The notes under the pieces were generated by a model that did not search any database, had not been told where the DNA came from, and saw only the letters and a list, made by a program, of their open reading frames with translations. A stretch of DNA of 64,000 bases from Chamaesiphon sp. GTDB taxonomy: Bacteria > Cyanobacteriota > Cyanobacteriia > Cyanobacteriales > Chamaesiphonaceae. Location: assembly GCA_965246715.1 (NCBI GenBank), contig CBDFFH010000005.1, positions 96,001-160,000 of the forward strand. Direction: 5' to 3'. Numbering within the stretch: the stretch's first letter is position 1; each line of letters starts with the position of its first letter. This document shows, in pieces, positions 28,827-38,382 of this stretch. A program made the translations under genes and the position numbers.

Positions 28827-31559
28827 TCAAAAGTCTTCCTCTGTAGCTGGTGGAATAATGTCGATATCAATCTCAGCCAACAGATCATCTTGTTGCGATT
28901 GAGAAATTCGAGAATCTTTAGTAACTTTAGTAACAGGAACACTTAAATCTTTGCTGCACAAAGGTTTAAGACTGTTACTAGAGCAAGAATTAGCTAGTAA
29001 CTGGTTAGTAACAATTGCTGATGGCTGATGGCTACAACCTTTGACCTGTGCGGATTCAACGTTGTTACTAGACCAAGTAGCAGTATCCAAACCGTTATCT
29101 TGTAGCGATTCTGGAATATTCTGCGATGCTGTTGTTACTAAGCCGTTACTAGATGATTCATTTTCTAGTAACAGTGTTTTTCTTTGCGCTATTGACGTTT
29201 CAGACTTTTTGTTACTAGAGTTACTATGGTTTTCTAGAATTTCGATTTTGTAATCCGAGGATTGTCTTCTTGATTCATCATTTTCACGCGCATATCCTAG
29301 TTCAACTACTTTAAGCATGAAAGCCCGAATATCTTTGGCAGATGGTTTAGATTTGCCCGACCACCAATGTGTAACCATCCGAGTTGTTACCCACCCCTTC
29401 CCCCCAAAACGATTGATAAACTTCAGAATTCGAGCATCAGCGGGATCTGTTGTTGGATTAGAACCTGTCAGTGCTAACACCTTTTCGGTTTCTAGTAACA
29501 AACACCGACCCAATTCGATCGCGTGGTACATAGTGCTTGCTGACACTTCTCGATCAGGCTGTTTATTGTCCACCGCTGCCAACAACAAATGTAGAGCTAG
29601 TGCCAATCTTGCTACCCGATCCTTTGCCTTACCATAGATGCTTTCTAAGAATGTGCCGCTTTGATCGATCGTGAGATCGACCATATGGTTATACCAATCA
29701 GACCATAATTTTTGAGCCTTTGAGCTAGCTGTAAATGTTTGAGAGCTAAAGCCGTCAATAGTTGCATAAATCTTGGATAAAGCGGTGTACAGTAACCCGT
29801 CAGGATTGGGATCGTGAGAATAAGTTGCTGTTGTTGGTAAGTTGAAAAATACGAGTCTCGCCCACAGACCATCTTCCTTGTTGTCATCCTGCTCGAATAT
29901 TTTGGAGAGAGTCGTGTACTGGGTTGTTCCGACCAGAGATATCGCCGTTTTCTCGATGTGAATTCTCGGAGAACCTTTTCGTGTTACCTTCAGCTCATTC
30001 CCGTCGTACAAACTTAGCATTCGAGATCGATTATTAGCGGTTCCATATTTCTCAAAATCAGTAAACCCTTTAAGTTCATCTATCTTGATCAATAAGCAGT
30101 GTGATTTTTGGAACTGGCCGATATAGGCAAGAGATTCATATGTGTAGTCATCAACATAAAACTCTCGACATGCTGGTGAGTTGGGCTTGTCACCTAAATC
30201 TTCTTGTTTTTGACGTTTTTGCCGTTCGTATTCAGCTAATTCGCGCTCATACGCATCTACAGCTATGGCATATTCTTCATTCGCACCTTTTTGCAGTGCA
30301 GTGAGCGGCGATGTTATTGTTTTTAAGACTTCACTTTTGCCGCTGTTGGATGTACCAACTATTCCCACCCAGAGAATGGGTTTACCCCTAGTTTCCCTGA
30401 CATTTAGGGCGATCTCTACCTTAGACAGAGACAATACAACAGCTAATAAAGGTGCGACATATACCAGTGCGGGCAATGACCAGCGGATTGCTTCAGCTTC
30501 GATTAATCCTTTGAGTACATCGGGTAACGCCGATGCGGGATCGTATTCACTCTTTGTCAATAATCGGCTCAGGTCTTCGGATGCTTGTGAAACCACCTCT
30601 AGCCGATACCCTTGGTTAATCGCCTTAGTTTTGGCAGAATGATAAACTGCTGGTGGAGGACACCCCCCGTGACAGATAAAACCGCCCGTATCGCGATCGA
30701 TGTGAAGAGAATCATTACTTTCGCCATCGTGCGCGGGACACTTACACGTTATCCACCCTTGTCTGCCATCCTCCCGATAGCCCTCCAGATAAGGCGCGAA
30801 AGATCGAATGTCCGTTGGTGATGAATCGCTAGCTTCTATTTCTCTGATGGACTTGGTAGCCCATCGATCGAGATCGAGATCTGGCAACACTCGATCGAAT
30901 TCAGCGAGAGAATAACGGACATCGTTAAGCTGTAACAGTTCACAGGGAACGCGATCGAAGTTTTGAGTTTCAATGTTCCAAGAGAGATGGTCGAAACATG
31001 GTAATCTCATCAACTGAGCTGGATCGGCTAAGCTATCATCATCACAGTTCGAGTATTGAATCCACTGCCGCTGATAAGTGGCTAATCGATCGATTCTGAT
31101 AATTTCAGATGCCCAATAAGCGTGCAGCGATTTTCTAGTTTTAACAACTGCGGTAGGTTTTCCAAATTCAGCAGTTATTCGATCGATCTCCCGTTGTTGA
31201 TCTTCAAATGAGGCTTGATCGCTCTCATGAAAAAGTGTGGAACCATGGGTGATTTGGGAATTCTTATCACCGCCGTGGTGGGCGGCAAAATAGACCCCAT
31301 AACCTTGCTGGTTCAAAGATTTAAGGTATCCCCAACCATCTGGGATGACCACATGTCGATCCCGTCGCTGCTGAGAGAACTCGCCATTTTCTAAATTGAT
31401 GTAGCCTCGAACAACCGATATCTTAATCTCACCTGCTTGATTGGTGTATGTCATTCCCCGTGTCTCTAGTTCTAGCAGGGGACTATTCTTGGGTGGTAGG
31501 CAGCGAATGTAGACCCGATCTGAATGCCCGATTGCCTGAAGGAAATTAACGACATTCAT
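28827..31559 (-). CDS. Primase (RepB-like) / zinc finger / DUF3987 replication protein
   Basis: 'HESD', 'KSLHAYW', 'DP..LMRLP' primase motifs; CPAH...C..GC zinc finger; P-loop G.SNSGKS; DE; DGL.AR. ATG at 31559 is coupled to the upstream stop. Confidence 0.8.
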   Translation of the reverse strand: MNVVNFLQAIGHSDRVYIRCLPPKNSPLLELETRGMTYTNQAGEIKISVVRGYINLENGEFSQQRRDRHVVIPDGWGYLKSLNQQGYGVYFAAHHGGDKNSQITHGSTLFHESDQASFEDQQREIDRITAEFGKPTAVVKTRKSLHAYWASEIIRIDRLATYQRQWIQYSNCDDDSLADPAQLMRLPCFDHLSWNIETQNFDRVPCELLQLNDVRYSLAEFDRVLPDLDLDRWATKSIREIEASDSSPTDIRSFAPYLEGYREDGRQGWITCKCPAHDGESNDSLHIDRDTGGFICHGGCPPPAVYHSAKTKAINQGYRLEVVSQASEDLSRLLTKSEYDPASALPDVLKGLIEAEAIRWSLPALVYVAPLLAVVLSLSKVEIALNVRETRGKPILWVGIVGTSNSGKSEVLKTITSPLTALQKGANEEYAIAVDAYERELAEYERQKRQKQEDLGDKPNSPACREFYVDDYTYESLAYIGQFQKSHCLLIKIDELKGFTDFEKYGTANNRSRMLSLYDGNELKVTRKGSPRIHIEKTAISLVGTTQYTTLSKIFEQDDNKEDGLWARLVFFNLPTTATYSHDPNPDGLLYTALSKIYATIDGFSSQTFTASSKAQKLWSDWYNHMVDLTIDQSGTFLESIYGKAKDRVARLALALHLLLAAVDNKQPDREVSASTMYHAIELGRCLLLETEKVLALTGSNPTTDPADARILKFINRFGGKGWVTTRMVTHWWSGKSKPSAKDIRAFMLKVVELGYARENDESRRQSSDYKIEILENHSNSSNKKSETSIAQRKTLLLENESSSNGLVTTASQNIPESLQDNGLDTATWSSNNVESAQVKGCSHQPSAIVTNQLLANSCSSNSLKPLCSKDLSVPVTKVTKDSRISQSQQDDLLAEIDIDIIPPATEEDF
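28919..29226. repeat. Iteron-like cluster (GTTACTA/TAGTAAC x11) inside the primase 3' region; candidate origin
   Basis: Heptamer at 28919, 28928, 28974, 28995, 29006, 29064, 29134, 29145, 29166, 29211 and 29220, in both orientations. Confidence 0.65.
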
Positions 31560-31750
31560 TAATTGACCTCCTCCCAGAGCGCACAAAACATACAACGCCC
31601 AATACCATAACCATCAAACTCGATCGGCTGATTGTGACAATCTTCGCAAACTGATGAAACGTATCTGATATGAGTTTGAAACGTTATGAGATCATTTTGA
31701 ATACTCGAAACTCGCACGTCGTTAAAAGACGCGCCAATACTGTCTGGCAT
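31559..31750 (-). CDS. Small Cys-rich (CxxC...CxxC) protein
   Basis: CEDC...CMFC; GGAG RBS; its stop overlaps the primase start. Confidence 0.5.
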   Translation of the reverse strand: MPDSIGASFNDVRVSSIQNDLITFQTHIRYVSSVCEDCHNQPIEFDGYGIGRCMFCALWEEVN

Positions 31751-31893
31751 GGAGTGCTCCTGTTGATTGAAGATTACAGAGCATCCAAAGGTTGTGTTAA
31801 GATCGAACTAATATTTTCAAAAGCCGATCTAGTTCCAACCCCATTGGATACTAGATACATAACCCTTAACCTCGATAGGTTCGGGGTTATTCG

Positions 31894-32160
31894 CTATTTG
31901 GCTTTTGGAAGAGTAGATAAGTACTCCTCTATAAGAGCTTGATGTTCGGGTAGATCCTTCCCATTAATTAAATAATGGGATAGGAGAGTCCAATTCCAAA
32001 GGATCGATCCTCCCTTAACCATCTGAATCCAGTAAATGCCTCGTGGCAATTTATTTCTGAGCTGAGCAGAATGCCAACGAGTAAATTCTGCTTTAAGTTT
32101 TTGTACCGATCTCTCTGACAAAAACTTAAATTTGTCACAATCCTGTAGCTTTGCAGGCAT
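31894..32160 (-). CDS. Probable excisionase / small DNA-binding protein
   Basis: 88 aa, 'L..GIYW......ILWN..L' winged-helix-like; heads the replication operon near the integrase. Confidence 0.5.
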   Translation of the reverse strand: MPAKLQDCDKFKFLSERSVQKLKAEFTRWHSAQLRNKLPRGIYWIQMVKGGSILWNWTLLSHYLINGKDLPEHQALIEEYLSTLPKAK

Positions 32161-32515
32161 ATGAGATAATCTATGTGTATTTTTGGTGCGACCGACCAGC
32201 CTCTAAATAGATACTGGTCAGTCTTTTTGACTGGTTGGGTGTACCGCTGGTAAAGCAGTTACAGCAGTATAGAACAATCACCTATAAACATCACTATCTA
32301 TAGGACGACATTTTTACAACATTGCGTAACTCTACTTTGCTACAAACTCTAAATGTAAAGAATTGACAATTGAGAAATTTTGTAATTGTAAATATCTGTA
32401 TTTTAGATATCCACTAAATAATCAAAACATCTAAAACTGTGCTGTTCACATGATATTTGTCCAAAGCGTGGAAGATGGATTTGAATAGCCAAACTTATGA
32501 CATAATTTTGTAACA

Positions 32516-33646
32516 CTATTCATATAAAGAGCCTGTAATTTTAATGTTTTTCGATTTAAGGTAGGCTTGCCAAGCTCGGTAGCTATTTTTGCATTCTTGT
32601 TCTTCACAGTGCCATGCCACCTTTCCGTTTCTAGCTTTCTCAAACCATCTCAACCTGTAGCAAAATTCACAAAGACACAACATCTTGCGTTTCAGATTTT
32701 TGATTTCAGATTTGCGCTCATTACTCCTTCTAACTCGATCGTTCCAATCGATTTGTAACTTAATGAATTCAGGACATTCTCGTGCAAGTAGCTTATATAT
32801 ATTTGCCGTGTATGATTTTGCTCTGTAATAATCAGTGAACAGCACCATTTTTCTTTTATAAGAGTCTTTAATGCACTCGTGGTATTCTTGTTGCTTTTTA
32901 TTGAATGTCATTCTTATATTTGTTATCTCTCTTCGATCTCCATCCTTCATTTGCTGATAAAATTCTTGTAAAAAATTGTTAAATATTCGATCTTTATCTA
33001 CATTTGGTAAGTGCGTGATGCGAAAAGGCACTACGTCATCAAGATAGTTAAGCACCAATTGATGGTATCGAAAGCGTGTATAACTTATCTGGCTTAAATC
33101 TTCTCCATCTCCAAAAAAATATTCAAAAGCATAATTCATCGCATCAGACAAAGATAAATTTTCGAGGAGTTTACGATTTGCAATTTCTTTTTTGTCTAAA
33201 AATTCCTTGATGACTCGATTGATTCGTGATGGTATTGTATCTTCATTGCGAATATTCTCGATCGCCCAGTCACTCATTGTCTTAAAGAGTGAATGAGAAT
33301 TAGGATCGAATGGTTGTTGAATTCTATAATTTTCAAGAGAAAGTCTTACAACTAGTTTGTTATCACCAGATTCATTCACAAGCTTGTTAACAATATCTAG
33401 AAGCCAATTACCTTTCTTGTAATTAGCATGTTCGATGATTTTTCTAGCTGATTGTTCCTGAGTTTTTGTAGCACCATACTGCCTTAAAATATTAGTAATA
33501 AGAATTAGATCTGGTACTGGCATAATGATTAGCTCTCGCAGCATTTTCTCGTTAGGAATAGTGTAAGTTTCGTCGTCAAGTCTGATTTTGATACTTTTCC
33601 ATTCTGATAATGGAATAATCGATATAGATGGATTTCCGTAATTCAT
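32516..33646 (-). CDS. Hypothetical protein with a C-terminal Cys cluster
   Basis: 376-aa AT-rich ORF ending in CEFC...WHC....C (zinc-finger-like). Confidence 0.55.
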   Translation of the reverse strand: MNYGNPSISIIPLSEWKSIKIRLDDETYTIPNEKMLRELIIMPVPDLILITNILRQYGATKTQEQSARKIIEHANYKKGNWLLDIVNKLVNESGDNKLVVRLSLENYRIQQPFDPNSHSLFKTMSDWAIENIRNEDTIPSRINRVIKEFLDKKEIANRKLLENLSLSDAMNYAFEYFFGDGEDLSQISYTRFRYHQLVLNYLDDVVPFRITHLPNVDKDRIFNNFLQEFYQQMKDGDRREITNIRMTFNKKQQEYHECIKDSYKRKMVLFTDYYRAKSYTANIYKLLARECPEFIKLQIDWNDRVRRSNERKSEIKNLKRKMLCLCEFCYRLRWFEKARNGKVAWHCEEQECKNSYRAWQAYLKSKNIKITGSLYE

Positions 33647-33671
33647 AATGTAAATAGTTATTGAAATTGTT

Positions 33672-33701
33672 TCCAGCTACTTTGTTGTGTAAGTAGCTGG
33701 A
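33672..33701 (-). terminator. Hairpin downstream of the integrase
   Basis: tccagctactt-N8-aagtagctgga. Confidence 0.5.
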
Positions 33702-33708
33702 TATTTTT

Positions 33709-34863
33709 CTATTTTCCGCCAAAATCTACAAATGGACACTCTCGATCGATCGAGTGCAAATATGTATCTATCAAGACGCGCTTGCTATGCCCTGTCTGCT
33801 CGGCTAAAGCTGTAAGATCGGCTCCATTTTTCGCTGCGTGAGATATTACGCTGTGCCGAATGTTGTATGGTCGCGTGTACTCTATGTTGCAACTAGCTAA
33901 AATCTTTTTCCATTGCCTCTCCCTGAATCGATGATCGTTCATGGATTTCCCTTTTGGAGCGGGAAATACTAGGTCGTCCGGTTTTGGCTTAACTCGTTCG
34001 TATCGTTCGGCCAGCATCGATTTTACTGTAGCTGATAGCTTAATTGTGCGAGATTTCCCCGTCTTGGTACCCTTCTTGTTCACATGTCCCCTGCTGATTG
34101 ATTGCCCAATCCAAGCGGTCGAAAAACTCGTGTCCAAATGCTTCCATCGTAAAGCTGCAACTTCTCCGAATCGACAAGCAGAATGAGAGATAAAAATTAC
34201 GAATTCGGTATAACGGTAGTACGTAGGGTGAGCTTTGAAAGCGGCAATAATTGCCTGGAATTCGGCGATGGTTAGGGGGGCATCATGTTCTGGGGGCTGG
34301 ACTGTCATTCGAGCGATGAGACCGCTCCAGGGGTTGAAATCTGCCAGGTGATATTTGTCCTTAGCCCAATCCCACGCCGCTCTCAAGTCAAATAAATATC
34401 CTTTAATCGTCCGATCCGATACCTTTCGATTCGATGCCGACTTAGGCCATCGTACTATTACGTCTTTCGCCACCGATTCCGTTACTTTGGCGGCAGGCTT
34501 GTTCCCTAGAACTTGCCCTAGCTTGGATGCGATACCCTTGAGTCTCACTCTTGAACTGTGGGATAGATCTCGATCGAGAAGGCGATCTTCTGCATATGCC
34601 TTAAATAGGTCTACAGCAGTGATTTTACTGATTTCAACCTTGGGCTTTCTGCCACGCTTGTTAGGGTTCTGGTATTTTTCCTTCGTTTTGTCAAAATTTC
34701 CGCACTCTATGTCACGCTCGATCGTGCCAGCAACGATCTTGGCATAAGCGTTACCTGTAACATTATCCTTGACACCCAGCGGTAGCTGGTATCTCTGGCC
34801 TTCAAACAACCACCGCAATCTCAGGGTGGTACCTTTCTTGTCAGTCCAAACTTTCGTACTCAT
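33709..34863 (-). CDS. int: Tyrosine recombinase / integrase with N-terminal arm-binding domain
   Basis: Catalytic residues: R (ACRFGE), K (TKTG), Y..RH (YNIRHS), GH and Y (DTY). Confidence 0.92.
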   Translation of the reverse strand: MSTKVWTDKKGTTLRLRWLFEGQRYQLPLGVKDNVTGNAYAKIVAGTIERDIECGNFDKTKEKYQNPNKRGRKPKVEISKITAVDLFKAYAEDRLLDRDLSHSSRVRLKGIASKLGQVLGNKPAAKVTESVAKDVIVRWPKSASNRKVSDRTIKGYLFDLRAAWDWAKDKYHLADFNPWSGLIARMTVQPPEHDAPLTIAEFQAIIAAFKAHPTYYRYTEFVIFISHSACRFGEVAALRWKHLDTSFSTAWIGQSISRGHVNKKGTKTGKSRTIKLSATVKSMLAERYERVKPKPDDLVFPAPKGKSMNDHRFRERQWKKILASCNIEYTRPYNIRHSVISHAAKNGADLTALAEQTGHSKRVLIDTYLHSIDRECPFVDFGGK

Positions 34864-34864
34864 T

Positions 34865-34888
34865 TTGGGGGGTCTATTGGGGGGTCTA
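34865..34888. repeat. Tandem 12-bp direct repeat between the integrase start and the tRNA (candidate arm-type site)
   Basis: ttggggggtcta x2. Confidence 0.55.
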
Positions 34889-35005
34889 CATAACCGCCAA
34901 ACCAGCCAAAACAGCCTATATATTGCTACCCGTAGACAGCAGAATTCGGCTCTTAGGACATGATTTGTTTCCTAAAAGCCTTACCAGCAGTATATTACCA
35001 ACCTA

Positions 35006-35079
35006 TGGACGTACGCCGACTCGAACGGCGGACCTCATCGATGTCAACGATGCGCTCTAACCAACTGAGCTATACGTCC
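35006..35079 (-). tRNA. tRNA-Val(GAC)
   Basis: GGACGTA acceptor stem, D-arm GCTCAGTTGGTTAGAGC, anticodon arm CATCG-TTGACAT-CGATG, TTCGA T-loop; CCA not encoded. Confidence 0.96.
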
Positions 35080-35272
35080 TTGCGATTCATTAATATAGCA
35101 TGGATATTAAACTGATGTCAATACCCCTAAATCTATCGCGCATTTATACGTATTCCGATCGGATTTTGGCGATGCTGGATTATCCAGAGGTATAATCTGT
35201 GGATTAGCTTGAAATTGTCTGTGGATAAAGATTTCAATCTAACGAGCGAGTGGTTAACATCTTTGATAATCA

Positions 35273-35956
35273 ATGAATTCAGATAATCCTACCAAAAAAA
35301 TATCATTAAATTTAGTTGCAATTTGTATATTTGGGATGACTTTGTCTAGTTTATTCGCTCCTTTATTTCAAGTTTCCTCGACGATACCGATCGGAATTAT
35401 TTTTGCGATCGTGGTTGGATCTACTTTAGATAGTTTTTTCTTTAAAAGTACGGCAGCTACTTTAATTTTGGACACGATCGCTGGCACATCAGTGGCATAT
35501 CGTCAGCGAATCTTACAGCATGAGGCCGGACATTTTTTAGTAGCTTATTTATTAGATATTCCGATTACTGGATATACAATTAGCGCGTGGGAATCCATTC
35601 GCAAAGGACAAGCGGCGCAGGGTGGTGTAACGTTTGCACCGCCACCACCAGAAATTTCCGCCCAATTATTGCAAAAATATTGTGCTGTCTGGATGGCGGG
35701 AATCGCTGCCGAAAAATCACTCTACGATCGCGCTGAAGGTGGCGGTGAAGATCGACAAAAACTGCGTGGTGTCTTATTTATTGCTGGTAAACAGCAACAA
35801 GAGATCGTCAAGCAGGAAAATCTAGCCACACTACAAGCAAAAACACTGATCCAAAATCATTGGGAAGCTTATCAAGCATTGGTTGCTGCGATGGGTTCGA
35901 GCAAGTCTGTTGCCGATTGCTGTGATGAAATCGATAAGCTTAGAGCGAATTCATAA
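35273..35956 (+). CDS. Membrane Zn-protease-like protein (M41-like, conserved in cyanobacteria)
   Basis: Two TM helices, HEAGH motif, 'MAGIAAE', 'GG.ED'. Confidence 0.8.
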   Translation: MNSDNPTKKISLNLVAICIFGMTLSSLFAPLFQVSSTIPIGIIFAIVVGSTLDSFFFKSTAATLILDTIAGTSVAYRQRILQHEAGHFLVAYLLDIPITGYTISAWESIRKGQAAQGGVTFAPPPPEISAQLLQKYCAVWMAGIAAEKSLYDRAEGGGEDRQKLRGVLFIAGKQQQEIVKQENLATLQAKTLIQNHWEAYQALVAAMGSSKSVADCCDEIDKLRANS

Positions 35957-35975
35957 TTTATAATTTATTGCCATT

Positions 35976-37553
35976 ATGGCTATTGATTTCGATCCAAAAA
36001 TATCTTACTTAGCATACATACGGCAAAATCGGATAGAAATTGCCCCAGCTGCGTTAGAGCGACTCAAATTAATTTTAGATAATTGTCAGTGGGAGCAACC
36101 TCAAACAGCGCTAGATTGGAATAATTTAGCTGTAGCAGCCTTGGTTGCTGCCGAAAGTTGCGATAATACCCTTACACATGGCCTATATGCCGAAATTGCC
36201 TTTGATGCAGTTCAAGCTGGTGCTGAGTTAAATGCACACCCGCTATGTGCGGCACATTTAGCATTACTAAATTGTATGCTGGGCAATTATTGCGAAGCAG
36301 CCGAAATTGCCTTTAGTGCGTTTATTAATAATCTCCAATCGGCTTATACCGAAGTCGAAATCGCGCCAGGGATTGTTTATATTCCGCCACTAACGCGTAC
36401 TCATGTTACTAATGGGAGAAGCGAACAGCTCCAACGGATTTTAAATACCGAGAATGGTTATAATCAAGCAATTTTAATGCTATCCGAAGTGCTCTGTCGT
36501 ACGCAAATCGTGATGGATAGTTCGACGGGTTTGCGATTGTTACACTTGATGAATCAACTGATGCCGGATCTAATTTCCCCGAATCTTAGACTGGGGATTT
36601 ATAGTATTGGCGATCGCCAGTTAGAAGGTACGATCTATCTACATCGAGCAGCAGTATTGTCACCAGATCATCCAATTATCCTTCAATCTTTATATCTGGT
36701 CTATCGAGATTTAGAACAGTTAGAAATAGCAAATTATTGGCAACAAATCGGGCGCGACTATGCCAGTCAAAGGTTAGAAAAATTGCCGTGGCGGTGGACA
36801 GAATTGGCTTTAGAGAGTCCCTGGACTTATATCCCATACGATCGCGAGATCTTATTAACAGTGCCAGCCACGCTCCAAAGTTCGACAACTCGCTGTTTGT
36901 TAGCTGAGGGCGATTGGTTCGAGCCAGAGTTGGAGTTTTGGCGACAGTATGTCCAGCCAGGGATGATAGTTATCGATGTTGGTGCGGGCGTGGGTGTCTA
37001 TACGTTCAGTGCCGCCAGTCGAGTTGGTGAATCTGGCTGTGTCTATGCGATCGAACCCTTTAATGAGGCGATCGATTGTCTCCGTGAAACTTGTGCTGTC
37101 AATCAGTTCGAGAATGTCAAAGTTTTTCAGAATGCCATCGGCGATCGGCATGGTAAATTTAATTTAGTCTTGCAAGCTCAAAGCGAACTCAATTATTTGG
37201 CGACAGGTGACGAACCACTCGATCCAGATATACAGAGTCAAGCAGTGACCTGCTCGACGCTCGATACTTTTGTCACACAAGTTGGGATCGAACGCGTAGA
37301 AGTAATTAAGATCTCGACGGAAGGTAATGAATTAGCTACCCTGATCGGCTGCGAACAAATTATTACTAAGTTTGCACCGACAATTATTTATAATAGCTAC
37401 ACCAGTAGGGGCACCAACTTAGTTGCGGCTCAATATCTGGTCGATCGCGGTTATGAATTATTTCGCTATCAGCCCTACCTCCAACAATTAGTGCCGCTTG
37501 AGAGTGAGGCTGATTTCGCCGAAACAATTAAAGCAATCGCGATTCCAGGTTAG
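35976..37553 (+). CDS. FkbM-family methyltransferase with a helical N-terminal region
   Basis: 'VIDVGAGVGVYT', 'AIEP', 'IKISTEG.E'. Confidence 0.85.
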   Translation: MAIDFDPKISYLAYIRQNRIEIAPAALERLKLILDNCQWEQPQTALDWNNLAVAALVAAESCDNTLTHGLYAEIAFDAVQAGAELNAHPLCAAHLALLNCMLGNYCEAAEIAFSAFINNLQSAYTEVEIAPGIVYIPPLTRTHVTNGRSEQLQRILNTENGYNQAILMLSEVLCRTQIVMDSSTGLRLLHLMNQLMPDLISPNLRLGIYSIGDRQLEGTIYLHRAAVLSPDHPIILQSLYLVYRDLEQLEIANYWQQIGRDYASQRLEKLPWRWTELALESPWTYIPYDREILLTVPATLQSSTTRCLLAEGDWFEPELEFWRQYVQPGMIVIDVGAGVGVYTFSAASRVGESGCVYAIEPFNEAIDCLRETCAVNQFENVKVFQNAIGDRHGKFNLVLQAQSELNYLATGDEPLDPDIQSQAVTCSTLDTFVTQVGIERVEVIKISTEGNELATLIGCEQIITKFAPTIIYNSYTSRGTNLVAAQYLVDRGYELFRYQPYLQQLVPLESEADFAETIKAIAIPG

Positions 37554-37864
37554 CAGTGCAGCATGAGTGCGACTGGAAAATTGGGCGTTACTGAATGAGG
37601 CGATGACAGGGGGAAGAGGTATAAATCAGCTCTCAAATATGCAATGCTGAAACTTGCTGTTTCTATTTGCACAGAGATCGAACTGAGAATTTTTTCGAGC
37701 GGCGATCCCCGATCCCTTCAATAATTTAAACGCTAGCGATCGATTTGACAGGTTATTCGGATAAGATTAAGGGTGCTATTCACGTACCCCGATCGTTGCA
37801 TCAAGCAGCAATAGATTAGGGTTCGAGAGCCAGATTATCATAATTCAAGTAAAAAGGAACGTAT

Positions 37865-38104
37865 ATGAGCGCGGATGTATTAGATAAAGTCAAAGCAGTA
37901 ATTTCGGATAAATTGGAAGTAGAACCCAGCAAAATTACTCCCGAAGCCAACTTCACCGACGATCTCGGAGCTGACTCCCTCGATGTCGTCGAACTCGTCA
38001 TGGCACTTGAAGAAGAATTTGATATCGAGATCCCGGATGAGGAAGCCGAAAAGCTTCAAACCGTTCAATCTGTAATCGATTATATCAACGCCAAACAGGG
38101 ATAG
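37865..38104 (+). CDS. acpP: Acyl carrier protein
   Basis: [20 protein letters not shown]. Confidence 0.98.
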   Translation: MSADVLDKVKAVISDKLEVEPSKITPEANFTDDLGADSLDVVELVMALEEEFDIEIPDEEAEKLQTVQSVIDYINAKQG

Positions 38105-38112
38105 AAAAGTGG

Positions 38113-38168
<56 letters not shown>

Positions 38169-38382
38169 ATTAATTTAGGATCTGTAGGGGATCGAGCGGG
38201 TGACCCGATCGGTATAGGTTTATGCAAGTGTCCCTTGAAACTTCCCCACGATCTCTGGACAAAACACTTCGGCTGCGTATCGCCAAAGGCGAGGCTTCGC
38301 CAACAGTGTAAACCTACCCTCCCGATTAGAGTAGGTCTTTATCTCCATTCACTCATTTTCTCCGAATCTCTCTATATTCATC

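Larger units (their letters stand above)
1..35005. mobile_element. Integrative genomic island at tRNA-Val; left boundary not seen
   Basis: Integrase lies next to the tRNA 3' end, followed by a replication module and then defence/TA cargo. No second att copy was found by eye, so the left extent is uncertain. Confidence 0.65.

Noticed and set aside
25994..35005. Prophage
   Set aside because: No capsid, large terminase, portal, tail or lysis genes are recognisable in the window.
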